IMG/VR virus record: IMGVR_UViG_3300037504_000588
Span: 1-64,000 of that record
Direction: 5' to 3' (one strand)
DNA: 64,000 nucleotides
Source of the DNA: a virus
Position 1 is the stretch's first letter. Each line of letters begins with the position of its first letter. Shown here one piece after another: positions 21,082 to 29,698 of this stretch. The position numbers and the translations under genes are program-made. A model generated the notes under the pieces. That model made no database searches. It had not been told where the DNA came from and worked only from the letters and a program-made list of their open reading frames with translations.

Positions 21082-21564
21082 ATGAAAATATTAGCAATAG
21101 ATCAAGGAGACGTTGAAAGTGGTTATATTATTATGACAGATAAAGAAGAGATTATAGAAAAAGGTAAAATAAATAATGAAGAATTATTAAAAATCATTAA
21201 GCGCAATAATATAACAGAGCTTGCGATAGAAAAAATTAAAAGTTTTGGAATGTCTGTTGGTCAGACAACTTTTGATAGCTGTGTGTGGGCAGGCAGGTTT
21301 ATACAATGTTTTTTGGATAATGGAGGAGTAAGGTTTCAGGAGATACCCAGAAAAACTAAAGAAGGAGTTTGTAAACATATTTGCAAGAACTCTAATGCAA
21401 CAGATTCAAATATTCGACAGGCATTGATTGATCGTTATGAACCTAATTTAAAACCACGTCAACGACCAAAAAATAAATTAAAAGGGGTATCAAAGGATAT
21501 TTGGTCAGCATTGTCCATATGTGTAACTTATATAGATAAATTTATTAAAAAAGAGGAGGGATAG
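21082..21564 (+). CDS. RuvC-like Holliday junction resolvase
   Basis: MKILAIDQG, LAIEK, DIWSAL catalytic pattern; ATG at 21082. Confidence 0.75.
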   Translation: MKILAIDQGDVESGYIIMTDKEEIIEKGKINNEELLKIIKRNNITELAIEKIKSFGMSVGQTTFDSCVWAGRFIQCFLDNGGVRFQEIPRKTKEGVCKHICKNSNATDSNIRQALIDRYEPNLKPRQRPKNKLKGVSKDIWSALSICVTYIDKFIKKEEG

Positions 21565-21882
21565 ATGTCAAATAATTTTAAATGCATTGATTGTGATAAT
21601 TATTTTTTTATACCAAATTATTATTACAAGATTAATGCTAAAGATGGTCAAGTTGAATGGTACGATAAGTATGATAGAATTAAATGTAACAAATGTAACT
21701 CAAAAAACATACAATCTTTATCCAAACAAGGATATGGAGCTCCATTTATCGGTAAATTCAGAGGAATGACATCTTTTGAAAAAAAACAAGTATTAAAAAA
21801 ACGTGCAGCTCAAAAAGCAAAAACAGATTCAGAGATATTGGATCGTAAAGCACATAATAATAATAAATTTAAAGGAATATAA
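21565..21882 (+). CDS. Zn-ribbon protein
   Basis: CIDC...CNKC. Confidence 0.6.
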   Translation: MSNNFKCIDCDNYFFIPNYYYKINAKDGQVEWYDKYDRIKCNKCNSKNIQSLSKQGYGAPFIGKFRGMTSFEKKQVLKKRAAQKAKTDSEILDRKAHNNNKFKGI

Positions 21883-21884
21883 AG

Positions 21885-22166
21885 ATGATAACAAAAGAAA
21901 AATTTAAAATCATTAAGGATATAATTTCGTGGGAAGTAAAGGTTATATACATTGAAGATTTGGGTTTTTTTAACCCTGAAAAATTCACCCCCTCCTATAG
22001 CCAAAATGGAATTGAATTCCATGAACTTGAAGGGTATGATATAACACATCTAATTGATAACTTTAGTTCAAATTATGATTCTAAAAAATTTATTTCACAA
22101 ATTGAAAAAATGAACAAAATTCATTTAAAAATACATAAATCAATAAAATTTATTGTGTTCATGTGA
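21885..22166 (+). CDS. Hypothetical protein
   Basis: Last ORF of the operon before a terminator. Confidence 0.5.
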   Translation: MITKEKFKIIKDIISWEVKVIYIEDLGFFNPEKFTPSYSQNGIEFHELEGYDITHLIDNFSSNYDSKKFISQIEKMNKIHLKIHKSIKFIVFM

Positions 22167-22204
22167 AAACAATGTAAAAATAATGAATTTTTATTAATTT
22201 ATAT

Positions 22205-22237
22205 AAAAGTGGTTTCTAAATAGTTACCACTTTTTTT
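22205..22237 (+). terminator. Probable intrinsic terminator
   Basis: aaaagtggt...accactttt hairpin with a T tract. Confidence 0.55.
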
Positions 22238-22250
22238 ATATTTTTTTTAA

Positions 22251-22310
22251 AAAATAATTGTAAAAATATTTTGTTTTTATATATAAAAGTATTATATTTG
22301 TATTGTATTT
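22251..22310 (+). promoter_or_regulatory. Repeated ~60-bp promoter element (Bacteroidota -33/-7)
   Basis: aaaataattgtaaaaatatTTTG-N19-TATATTTGtattgtattt; near-identical copies at 27251, 36841 and 44942. Confidence 0.8.
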
Positions 22311-22342
22311 TAATATTTTTTAAACCTAAAAACGCAAGAATT

Positions 22343-22657
22343 ATGAAAGCAACAGAAATTAATTTAAAAAAAGACGGTTTTAATTTTAACTGCAACACTT
22401 ATCCAGCTCGCTCACATTACAGGTTTACCATGCGCTTAGGATGTGTTTTTCCTACAACAAGAGCACAAGCAAAATACTTTATTACAGAAGATATTTGGTT
22501 AGATGTATTAAACGGTGATGATGTTGAAACGGTTGAATCTATGCTTGTTAAGCATGGATTTGAAGGGGATTACAGATTTACAAAATCAAAAAAATGGGTT
22601 AGGCTTCAAAACCAAATTGATTTACACGAAGCATTAAAAAAAGAATATAACTTATGA
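22343..22657 (+). CDS. Hypothetical protein
   Basis: ATG at 22343 after the promoter and an A-rich leader. Confidence 0.65.
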   Translation: MKATEINLKKDGFNFNCNTYPARSHYRFTMRLGCVFPTTRAQAKYFITEDIWLDVLNGDDVETVESMLVKHGFEGDYRFTKSKKWVRLQNQIDLHEALKKEYNL

Positions 22658-22763
22658 ATAACGAGCAATCAAACGGGCAACAAAAATTATTTCATATACA
22701 AAATATTAAATTTTATAAAATGAAAACAAAGAACGAAATTATTAAACAGTAAATAACATTGAT

Positions 22764-23051
22764 ATGAAAAATAAAAATAACAATACAATAGAAACTGAGA
22801 CCATACCGTATGATGCGATGTTAGCAGCTGATCTTTTTAAGAGTGGGAAGGCATATTATTGTCAGCATTACCCAAGCCGTGAAGAGTGGCTTATACTTGG
22901 CATAAGTAAAGACTTTAAAAAAGTGTGTGTTGCTGGTTGGCCTCCAACAATTGCTAATGCGGAGGATTGTGAATTATGGAAACTTGCAAGGGATTTGACA
23001 GAAGATGAAATTGAATATAGACAAAAAGAATTTGGCAGCGGGTGGCTTTAG
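22764..23051 (+). CDS. Hypothetical protein (cassette-like)
   Basis: Most of the ORF lies between gttagcagc (22820-28) and gctgctaac (23056-64). Confidence 0.6.
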   Translation: MKNKNNNTIETETIPYDAMLAADLFKSGKAYYCQHYPSREEWLILGISKDFKKVCVAGWPPTIANAEDCELWKLARDLTEDEIEYRQKEFGSGWL

Positions 23052-23169
23052 GCTTGCTGCTAACCATTATATATAAAATCAACAACGAAATAAAATAAAT
23101 TATTAACCAACAATGCTGAATAAATATGCCGATAATGGCGTTTGATGTATTGTTATAAAAAATGTTTTT

Positions 23170-23364
23170 ATGAAAGATGTAGAGATAGTGTATTGGGGTA
23201 AAACACCTTTAACAAACATAGATGTATATATGTTAAATATAATTAATGAAGATGGAACTAAAACACCTGTTTATAGTAATGATAGGGTGTTTGAGGATGT
23301 ACGGTTGATGTGTGATTATGAAACGGCAACAGCTAAAAAAGTAGAACTGTTAAATGTTTTATAA
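23170..23364 (+). CDS. Hypothetical protein (cassette-like)
   Basis: Stop TAA lies inside ttttaTAAc, the inverse of gttataaaa at 23152. Confidence 0.6.
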   Translation: MKDVEIVYWGKTPLTNIDVYMLNIINEDGTKTPVYSNDRVFEDVRLMCDYETATAKKVELLNVL

Positions 23365-23475
23365 CGGTAAGCATAAGGCAAGTGCCTAAACGAATATTGA
23401 ATAAATGGACTACAACGTTGAGCGTATGCGCCTGTTGGCGTTTTGGTTGAAATTACAAACCTTAAAAACAGACAA

Positions 23476-24024
23476 ATGATAAACGAGATACGAAACGACA
23501 AAAGTAAGATGGCTATGCAGTATGACACATTGTTATGCCCCGTTATTTTAGACGCCTGCTGTGGTAGTAGAATGTTTTGGTTTGACAAGAAGAATCCAAA
23601 TTGTTTATTCATAGATAAACGAAGCGAGACAGTAACAGCAAAAGACAGCAGTCAAAAAAGTGGTTTAAGAACTATTGAAGTAAAACCTGACTTGATTGCG
23701 GACTTTACAGATATGCCTTTTGAAGATGAGCAATTTGCAATGGTGGTATTTGACCCACCACATCTAAAAACCCTTGGACAAAATAGCTGGATGGCTAAGA
23801 AGTATGGAAGATTGCCTAATGATTGGGAATATATGATTGCAAAGGGTTTTGATGAATGTATGCGAGTGTTGAAACCAGAGGGAACTTTAATCTTCAAATG
23901 GAATGAGCACGAAATTAAATCAAAGCAGGTTTTAGACCTAATACCTTATAAGCCACTTTTTGGACATACAACAGGGAGACAATCTAAAACAATTTGGATG
24001 GCTTTTATGAAGGGTGTCTCCTAA
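23476..24024 (+). CDS. SAM-dependent (amino-)DNA methyltransferase
   Basis: ILDACCGSRMFW, VFDPPH, ECMRVLKPEGTLIFKW. Confidence 0.85.
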   Translation: MINEIRNDKSKMAMQYDTLLCPVILDACCGSRMFWFDKKNPNCLFIDKRSETVTAKDSSQKSGLRTIEVKPDLIADFTDMPFEDEQFAMVVFDPPHLKTLGQNSWMAKKYGRLPNDWEYMIAKGFDECMRVLKPEGTLIFKWNEHEIKSKQVLDLIPYKPLFGHTTGRQSKTIWMAFMKGVS

Positions 24025-24063
24025 GTAATTTTTATTGTACCTATTTAGGTGTTATTTTTTACG

Positions 24064-24500
24064 AATTATTAACCATAAAATTTTATAAAATGAAAACACA
24101 TATTATCCCAAGAAGAAAAGGAAAAACAACCGAACTTATAAAAAAATCCGCTGAAACTGGTGACTATATAGTTTGCCATAAACTTGATGAAGCGAATAGA
24201 ATACAAGTAGAGGCTCAAGAAATGGGACTACAAATACCACTACCAATCACTTATGATGAATTTTTGAAGAAACGATATTACGGAAAAGATATCAGCGGTT
24301 TTTTGATTGATAATGCAGATATGTTCTTGCAATCACTTTCAAATGTGCCAATAAACAGTATTACAGTTAGCTCTTAATTGCGCACAACTATTATATATAA
24401 AACCAACAATGTAAACATTTGAATATGAATGTAAAACACAAATCAACTTTAGCAAATTTCAAAACAATTATTAACCATAAAATTTTATAAAATGAAAACA
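24064..24500 (+). repeat. 35-bp perfect direct repeat (24064-24098 and 24466-24500) covering leader plus start codon
   Basis: aattattaaccataaaattttataaaATGaaaaca occurs twice; partial third copy near 22708. Confidence 0.85.
24090..24377 (+). CDS. Small P-loop-like phage protein
   Basis: RRKGKTT and LIDN motifs. Confidence 0.55.
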   Translation: MKTHIIPRRKGKTTELIKKSAETGDYIVCHKLDEANRIQVEAQEMGLQIPLPITYDEFLKKRYYGKDISGFLIDNADMFLQSLSNVPINSITVSS

Positions 24501-24686
24501 ATAAAAACAAACGATACAACAACAATTAAACTTCACAAACTTCCAACTTCAACTCTTAAAGAAATAATAAGTTTGCAAGAAAACACCCCAGAAAGTAATA
24601 TTATATGTAGAGAATGTTACGAAGAGCTTCTCAAAAGAGGAAAAATTAAACCAAAATTTGAAACTAAAAATGTAAAAAAACGATAA
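24492..24686 (+). CDS. Hypothetical protein
   Basis: Starts inside the 35-bp repeat. Confidence 0.5.
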   Translation: MKTIKTNDTTTIKLHKLPTSTLKEIISLQENTPESNIICRECYEELLKRGKIKPKFETKNVKKR

Positions 24687-24706
24687 AATTTAAAAACAAA
24701 GATAAA

Positions 24707-25054
24707 ATGATAACAACCAATATAAAAATAAAAAATGAACCTGAATTCCATCAAAACACATCTATTGAATTTACAGATTCAGGAATGATACTAAGGGTTT
24801 CAATTAATATCCCCTATTCTTTAATTAAATATCTACCATATTGCAATGTATCAAAAGGTAAAGAATTGTGGGTTTATGCTTTAAGCAAAGAAATTAAATC
24901 TGGTGCAATTAAAAAAGAAAGAGTTCAGCAATTACATAATCATTTAATTAAAAATTGTATGATCATTATAAGAGAAGCAAAAAAGAAACACCTCAATGAT
25001 CAAATTTTAAAAATTAAAAACAGACAACCTAAACAATTAACTTTTTTTAATTAA
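24707..25054 (+). CDS. Hypothetical protein
   Basis: 115-aa ORF ending QLTFFN (clamp-binding-like motif). Confidence 0.5.
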   Translation: MITTNIKIKNEPEFHQNTSIEFTDSGMILRVSINIPYSLIKYLPYCNVSKGKELWVYALSKEIKSGAIKKERVQQLHNHLIKNCMIIIREAKKKHLNDQILKIKNRQPKQLTFFN

Positions 25055-25167
25055 TTTTACATTAAAATCTTAAATATAAGAGGGTTTTTGTGAATAATAG
25101 TATAAAGTTATTATTTAACTTTAATCTTTCTTATATACCTTTAAAAACCATTAAAAATTTAACAATT

Positions 25168-25344
25168 ATGGCAACACAAAATCTATTTGAAAAGATTGTA
25201 AAAGACTACCAAGAAGAAATTTTTAAATCATCCGGGAAACAAATAACAAGAGAGCAAGCCATTGAAAGTCTCAAAAATCATGGAATATATAATCCTAACT
25301 GTGATAATATTAATAAAATTGAAAAAAACAACATCATAAAATAA
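25168..25344 (+). CDS. Hypothetical protein
   Basis: ATG at 25168 with an A-rich leader. Confidence 0.45.
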   Translation: MATQNLFEKIVKDYQEEIFKSSGKQITREQAIESLKNHGIYNPNCDNINKIEKNNIIK

Positions 25345-25352
25345 GATTATAT

Positions 25353-25781
25353 ATGGGGAAAGGAAATAAAAAAAGAACACCTCTAAATGAAAGATTAATG
25401 TTATATAATCAAAAGTATGGAGATAAAAGGTTCTATCTTTATAATATTCACATTAATCAAAAAGCTGTTATAGAGAATCAATTCTACCTCCTGGATTTGT
25501 ATGATATATGTATATTTCAAGCAGTCAAAGAAATATCAGGAGGAGGATTCTGTGGGAGAATGGAAGATGAATTAGGAGTGTGGTATAATATAACAGAAAA
25601 TTTAATAATTAGTTACGTTCCTATAATAGGAATTACAAACAAAACAGCAATTTCTAATAGATTGGTTAAATTAGAAGATTATAAATTAATAGAAAGAAAC
25701 CCAAAAAATTCTCCAGGTAGAAAGAAATATTTGAGGCTTGGTTCAAATGCCCATAAACTAACATTTTGCGAACATAAGTAA
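25353..25781 (+). CDS. Winged-helix protein, possibly replication-initiator-like
   Basis: TAISNRLVKLEDYKLIER wHTH-like end; followed by an AT-rich tract and a helicase gene. Confidence 0.45.
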   Translation: MGKGNKKRTPLNERLMLYNQKYGDKRFYLYNIHINQKAVIENQFYLLDLYDICIFQAVKEISGGGFCGRMEDELGVWYNITENLIISYVPIIGITNKTAISNRLVKLEDYKLIERNPKNSPGRKKYLRLGSNAHKLTFCEHK

Positions 25782-25946
25782 ATTCTAAATAATATTTAAA
25801 TATTATTATAATAAATAATAAATATTATTTCTATTAACTTTAAATATTATTATAATTTATCGAATATATATATAATATAATAATATAGAAAAATAGGTAA
25901 GGGAAGCTAACGCTTCTAATCTTTTTTTTTAAAAAGAAAAAAATAA

Positions 25947-27257
25947 ATGTATATATTAAGAGATTATCAAAAAGAAGCAAGTAGAAAAGGATATGAATAT
26001 CTCATCTCTAATAATAAAAAGAATGGATTAATTATTATTCCAACCGGAGGAGGAAAAAGCCTCATCATAGCAGATATAGCTTCTAAATTAAATGAAAAAA
26101 TAATAGTTTTACAGCCTTCTAAAGAACTTTTAGAGCAGAACTATAATAAATACCTCTCTTATGGTAACGATGCCACTATCTATTCAGCATCTAAGAAATC
26201 TAAAGAGATAGGAGAAGTTACTTTTGCAACAATTGGAAGTATATATAAAAATCCTGAATTATTTTCTCATATTCCTTATATAATATGGGATGAATGTCAT
26301 ATAGGATCACCCAATGAAAAGAGTATGCATAAACAATTTTTTAACAATATTGGAGTTAAACTATTAGGAATGACAGCTACTCCATTTAGATTGAAAAGTT
26401 ATAATTATCCTGAACCTCATTCTAAGCTTTGTTTTCTAACACGTACACGGCCTAAGTTTTTCCATGATGTTGTACATATAACTCAAATACAAGAGTTAAT
26501 AAATGAAGGGTTTTGGAGTAAATTAATATATAAAAAACATGAATTTGATACTTCTAATTTAAAGGTTAATTCAACTGGTGCAAATTATAAAGAATCTTCT
26601 ATAAAGGAAGAAATATCAAAACAAAACATCATAGAAGAAGTTGTAAAAGAGGCAAAGCAATTAAAAGATCGTAAACATATTCTTATATTCTTACCAGATA
26701 TTAATTCAGCTTTGCAATGCTCAAGAAGGTTAAATTGTAAAACCTTAACAAGTGAAACAAAAAAGAAAGAAAGAGATAAAATAATTGAAGATTTTAAAAG
26801 TGGAAAAGAAAAATTTTTGTGTAATGTTGAAATAATGGGTGTTGGGTTTGATTTTCCTTCATTAGATTGTATTATTGATGCCTATCCTACAATGTCTTTT
26901 GCAAGATATTATCAACGTATTGGAAGACTTGTAAGGCCTGAATCAACAAAGAAAGATGCTTTATATGTTGACATGGTGGAAAACAGTAAATTGTTTGGCA
27001 AGGTAGAAGATTTTGTCATAGAGAATGTAAATGGATGGTATGGATTTAATGGCAAGAAGATAATCACAAATGTCCCTTTGGTAAAGAAAGAAGAAGTTCC
27101 AGATTTAGATAATATAGAAATAGGTTTTGGAAAGTTTAAAGGAACAAAATTTAAAAATCTTCCAAATTGGTATCTAAACTGGGTCAAGGATAATGTAAAA
27201 AAGAATCAATATAATCAATCGTTGTTTCAATACATTAATATTATTTTTAAAAAATAA
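25947..27257 (+). CDS. Superfamily 2 helicase (RadD/YejH-like)
   Basis: LRDYQ, PTGGGKS, DECH, TATP, GFDFP, QRIGR; C-terminal FGKFKG...WYLNW. Confidence 0.9.
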   Translation: MYILRDYQKEASRKGYEYLISNNKKNGLIIIPTGGGKSLIIADIASKLNEKIIVLQPSKELLEQNYNKYLSYGNDATIYSASKKSKEIGEVTFATIGSIYKNPELFSHIPYIIWDECHIGSPNEKSMHKQFFNNIGVKLLGMTATPFRLKSYNYPEPHSKLCFLTRTRPKFFHDVVHITQIQELINEGFWSKLIYKKHEFDTSNLKVNSTGANYKESSIKEEISKQNIIEEVVKEAKQLKDRKHILIFLPDINSALQCSRRLNCKTLTSETKKKERDKIIEDFKSGKEKFLCNVEIMGVGFDFPSLDCIIDAYPTMSFARYYQRIGRLVRPESTKKDALYVDMVENSKLFGKVEDFVIENVNGWYGFNGKKIITNVPLVKKEEVPDLDNIEIGFGKFKGTKFKNLPNWYLNWVKDNVKKNQYNQSLFQYINIIFKK

Positions 27258-27310
27258 TTGTAAAAATATTTTGTTTTTATATAAAAAAGTATTATATTTG
27301 TATTGTATTT
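27251..27310 (+). promoter_or_regulatory. Repeated promoter element
   Basis: TTTG at 27270-73; TATATTTG at 27293-300. Confidence 0.8.
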
Positions 27311-27338
27311 ATTTTTTTAACCTAAAAACAAAAAAATT

Positions 27339-27497
27339 ATGACACGTACACAATTAGTATCAGAGATGGCAAAAGCATTAAAAGACAATTATGATTGTAT
27401 AATGAAAATAGATGCTATCAAATGGTTAAAAGACCTTTATCCAAATACAAGTTTAACGCTAAAAATTAACGCTTATCATTTAGCTTATGAAGACTAA
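27339..27497 (+). CDS. Small hypothetical protein (52 aa, below the ORF-track cutoff)
   Basis: MTRTQLVSEMAKALKDNY..., first ORF after the promoter. Confidence 0.5.
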   Translation: MTRTQLVSEMAKALKDNYDCIMKIDAIKWLKDLYPNTSLTLKINAYHLAYED

Positions 27498-27631
27498 AAA
27501 GAAACTAATAGACATACCAGAAAAAAATCCTCGAAGATTTACAAATAAAAGCGGTTAAAGCAAAGAAACTTCTCAAAAATTATATTGAGGGCTTACTTGT
27601 AAAAGACGTGCGAGGCAAAAGAATTAACTAA
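27487..27631 (+). pseudogene. Ribbon-helix-helix-like regulator, frameshifted in an A7 run
   Basis: Removing one A at 27521-27 gives MKTKKKLIDIPEKILEDLQIKAVKAKKLLKNYIEGLLVKD... Confidence 0.5.
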
Positions 27632-27671
27632 CTTTTTTTAATTAATTTTACATTTACAAAACTAAATTAGA

Positions 27672-28220
27672 ATGAAAGTATTAATAGCTTGTGAATATAG
27701 CGGAACAGTTAGAGAGGCATTTTCCAAATTAGGACATGACGCTTGGAGCTGCGATATATTAGAAACTGAAATACCTGGCAATCATTACAAGGGTGATGTT
27801 AAGGAAATTCTTTGCGATGGTTGGGATTTAATGATAGCACATCCACCCTGCACTCATTTAGCCGTAAGCGGTGCAAGATGGTTTAAGTACAAACAGAAAG
27901 AGCAGGCAGAAGCGTTGGAGTTTGTTCGGTTGCTTTTAGACGCACCTATTGAACAGGTAGCACTTGAAAATCCAATAAGCATTATTAGCAGCCAAATAAG
28001 AAAGCCAGATCAGATAATACAGCCCTGGCAATTTGGACACGGTGAAACGAAGGCAACCTGTTTATGGCTGCAAAACTTACCGAAACTGCATCCGACAAAT
28101 ATTGTAGAGGGTAGGGAGAAAAGAATTTGGAAAATGCCACCTACCCCTGATAGATGGAAAGAACGAAGTCGAACATTTGAAGGAATTGCACAAGCTATGG
28201 CAACTCAATGGGGCGTTTGA
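27672..28220 (+). CDS. C5-cytosine DNA methyltransferase-like protein (short phage type)
   Basis: VLIACEYSG, HPPCT (PC catalytic motif), ALENP. Confidence 0.8.
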   Translation: MKVLIACEYSGTVREAFSKLGHDAWSCDILETEIPGNHYKGDVKEILCDGWDLMIAHPPCTHLAVSGARWFKYKQKEQAEALEFVRLLLDAPIEQVALENPISIISSQIRKPDQIIQPWQFGHGETKATCLWLQNLPKLHPTNIVEGREKRIWKMPPTPDRWKERSRTFEGIAQAMATQWGV

Positions 28221-28312
28221 TAGAAGTACAGACGTAGCCATATTATGCACAAACGTGCCGACTGTATGTTGTCGGTTTTTATGCGATTTTAAAACCCAAA
28301 TATTATAATATT

Positions 28313-28676
28313 ATGAGCTCACATGAATTATTTAAGAAACATTTTGGTAACCAGATAGCGGTTGACTTGAAACACCCTAACATTGAAAATTTTTTTGAAG
28401 AACTAAACGAAGAATGCTTGCAGGAAGATAAGCATAAAAAATGCAATATACAGCATGTTAGCAGCCGTGTTTTTTTTTGACCATTTTTTACCGAAAGTCA
28501 CCAAGCTAACTTTGATTGAAAAATTAGTGCTAAAATTTAAGAAGAAACTCCTTTATAGAGACGAACTGGAATTAATTACCATCGTCTATAAAAAATGGAG
28601 AGGTAAAACCTACGTACTTGATAGTTTTTATAATCCACCCGATCATTTTAATTGCAGGTGTTTTTTACGAATTTAA
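28313..28676 (+). pseudogene. Hypothetical gene split at a T9 run
   Basis: 28313..28480 (MSSHELFKK...CNIQHVSSRVFF*) joins 28455..28676 if one T is removed at 28470-78. Confidence 0.45.
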
Positions 28677-28689
28677 AAATGATAACAGT

Positions 28690-28920
28690 ATGAAAAATTT
28701 AATAAAAGAACTAAACAATCTAAGACCAACAAAAGAACAAGTAAAAGATAAACCTGCTTACTATGCTTTTGGTTATGTAGATGCTATAAATGCTGCAATA
28801 GAGTTAGTAAAAAATAACGAAGTGGCGGTTTGCGAAAAATGCACACACTATAATAAAGAACAAAAGCCTGAAATATGCAGAAGGTGCTTTAGTAATTCAC
28901 ATTTTATTGAGCAAACTTAA
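28690..28920 (+). CDS. Hypothetical Cys-containing protein
   Basis: ATG at 28690; stop is followed immediately by tgctaac. Confidence 0.55.
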   Translation: MKNLIKELNNLRPTKEQVKDKPAYYAFGYVDAINAAIELVKNNEVAVCEKCTHYNKEQKPEICRRCFSNSHFIEQT

Positions 28921-28958
28921 TGCTAACGGGATGCGGCTAAAATTTTAAAATAGATACA

Positions 28959-29201
28959 ATGAGGATTACACGCACACATTCGATTAAAAGCAAATACTTA
29001 GCAATGATTTATGACGCATTGTTATATGTTGTATTTGCTGCTTTTGAATTTATACACTACCAGCATTATAAGCAAACTTGGAACGGTAAGAAACGTTTAA
29101 AAACAATACAAATTACAGGAATAAGAAGTGCTTTATGTGATGATGTTAGCCAACGAATCAGAATAAAGTTTTACTGGAAGGTAGGCAAATATTACATATA
29201 A
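28959..29201 (+). CDS. Hypothetical protein (cassette-like)
   Basis: Stop lies within the inverted repeat. Confidence 0.5.
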   Translation: MRITRTHSIKSKYLAMIYDALLYVVFAAFEFIHYQHYKQTWNGKKRLKTIQITGIRSALCDDVSQRIRIKFYWKVGKYYI

Positions 29202-29221
29202 CGGTATAAAGACTAAAATAA

Positions 29222-29572
29222 ATGGGTGGAAATAACGATTATTTAAGCAGAAAAGAGTCATGCAATATACACGGTGTTAGGGTTAGTACCTACATAATTT
29301 GCTCGGCAATACATTTTGTAAATAACAAGAAATACCCACACCAACCAAAGAATATAAAGACAGGGATAGTAGTTGCAGGACGTAGACACCATAATGTATT
29401 TACAAGTATGAGTGCGTTGGGTGTTGACCATAAAGACTATGATGCAGTAGTGCAAGGGTTTTTAACTAATGATGATAGGTTTGTTGACCGTGAAGAGGGT
29501 GGGCGCATTGCCTACGAAGCACGGCAGATTAATAAGCTAACAAAAAGGTTGTTTAGTGAGGATTTGTATTAA
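29222..29572 (+). CDS. Conserved-looking phage hypothetical protein (GRRH...QGFLT...LFSEDLY type)
   Basis: Recognisable motif pattern; cassette-like flanks. Confidence 0.7.
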   Translation: MGGNNDYLSRKESCNIHGVRVSTYIICSAIHFVNNKKYPHQPKNIKTGIVVAGRRHHNVFTSMSALGVDHKDYDAVVQGFLTNDDRFVDREEGGRIAYEARQINKLTKRLFSEDLY

Positions 29573-29698
29573 CCATAACGAATGGGTATAAGATGTAGTG
29601 ATAGCGACCCGTAGGGTGCATTTTATACCGTGTTATCTACTGGCACGGTAAATACAGTAGAATGTTAATTAAAAGTACTAACGTAATAATTTATAAAA

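Larger units (their letters stand above)
22809..24388 (+). mobile_element. Integron-cassette-like array 1 (attC-like boundaries, no integrase seen)
   Basis: Unit-specific inverted repeats at 22820/23064 and 23152/23365. Right arms tatgatgcgatGTTA, tttgatgtattGTTA, tatgacacattGTTA. The third unit is degenerate. Confidence 0.55.
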
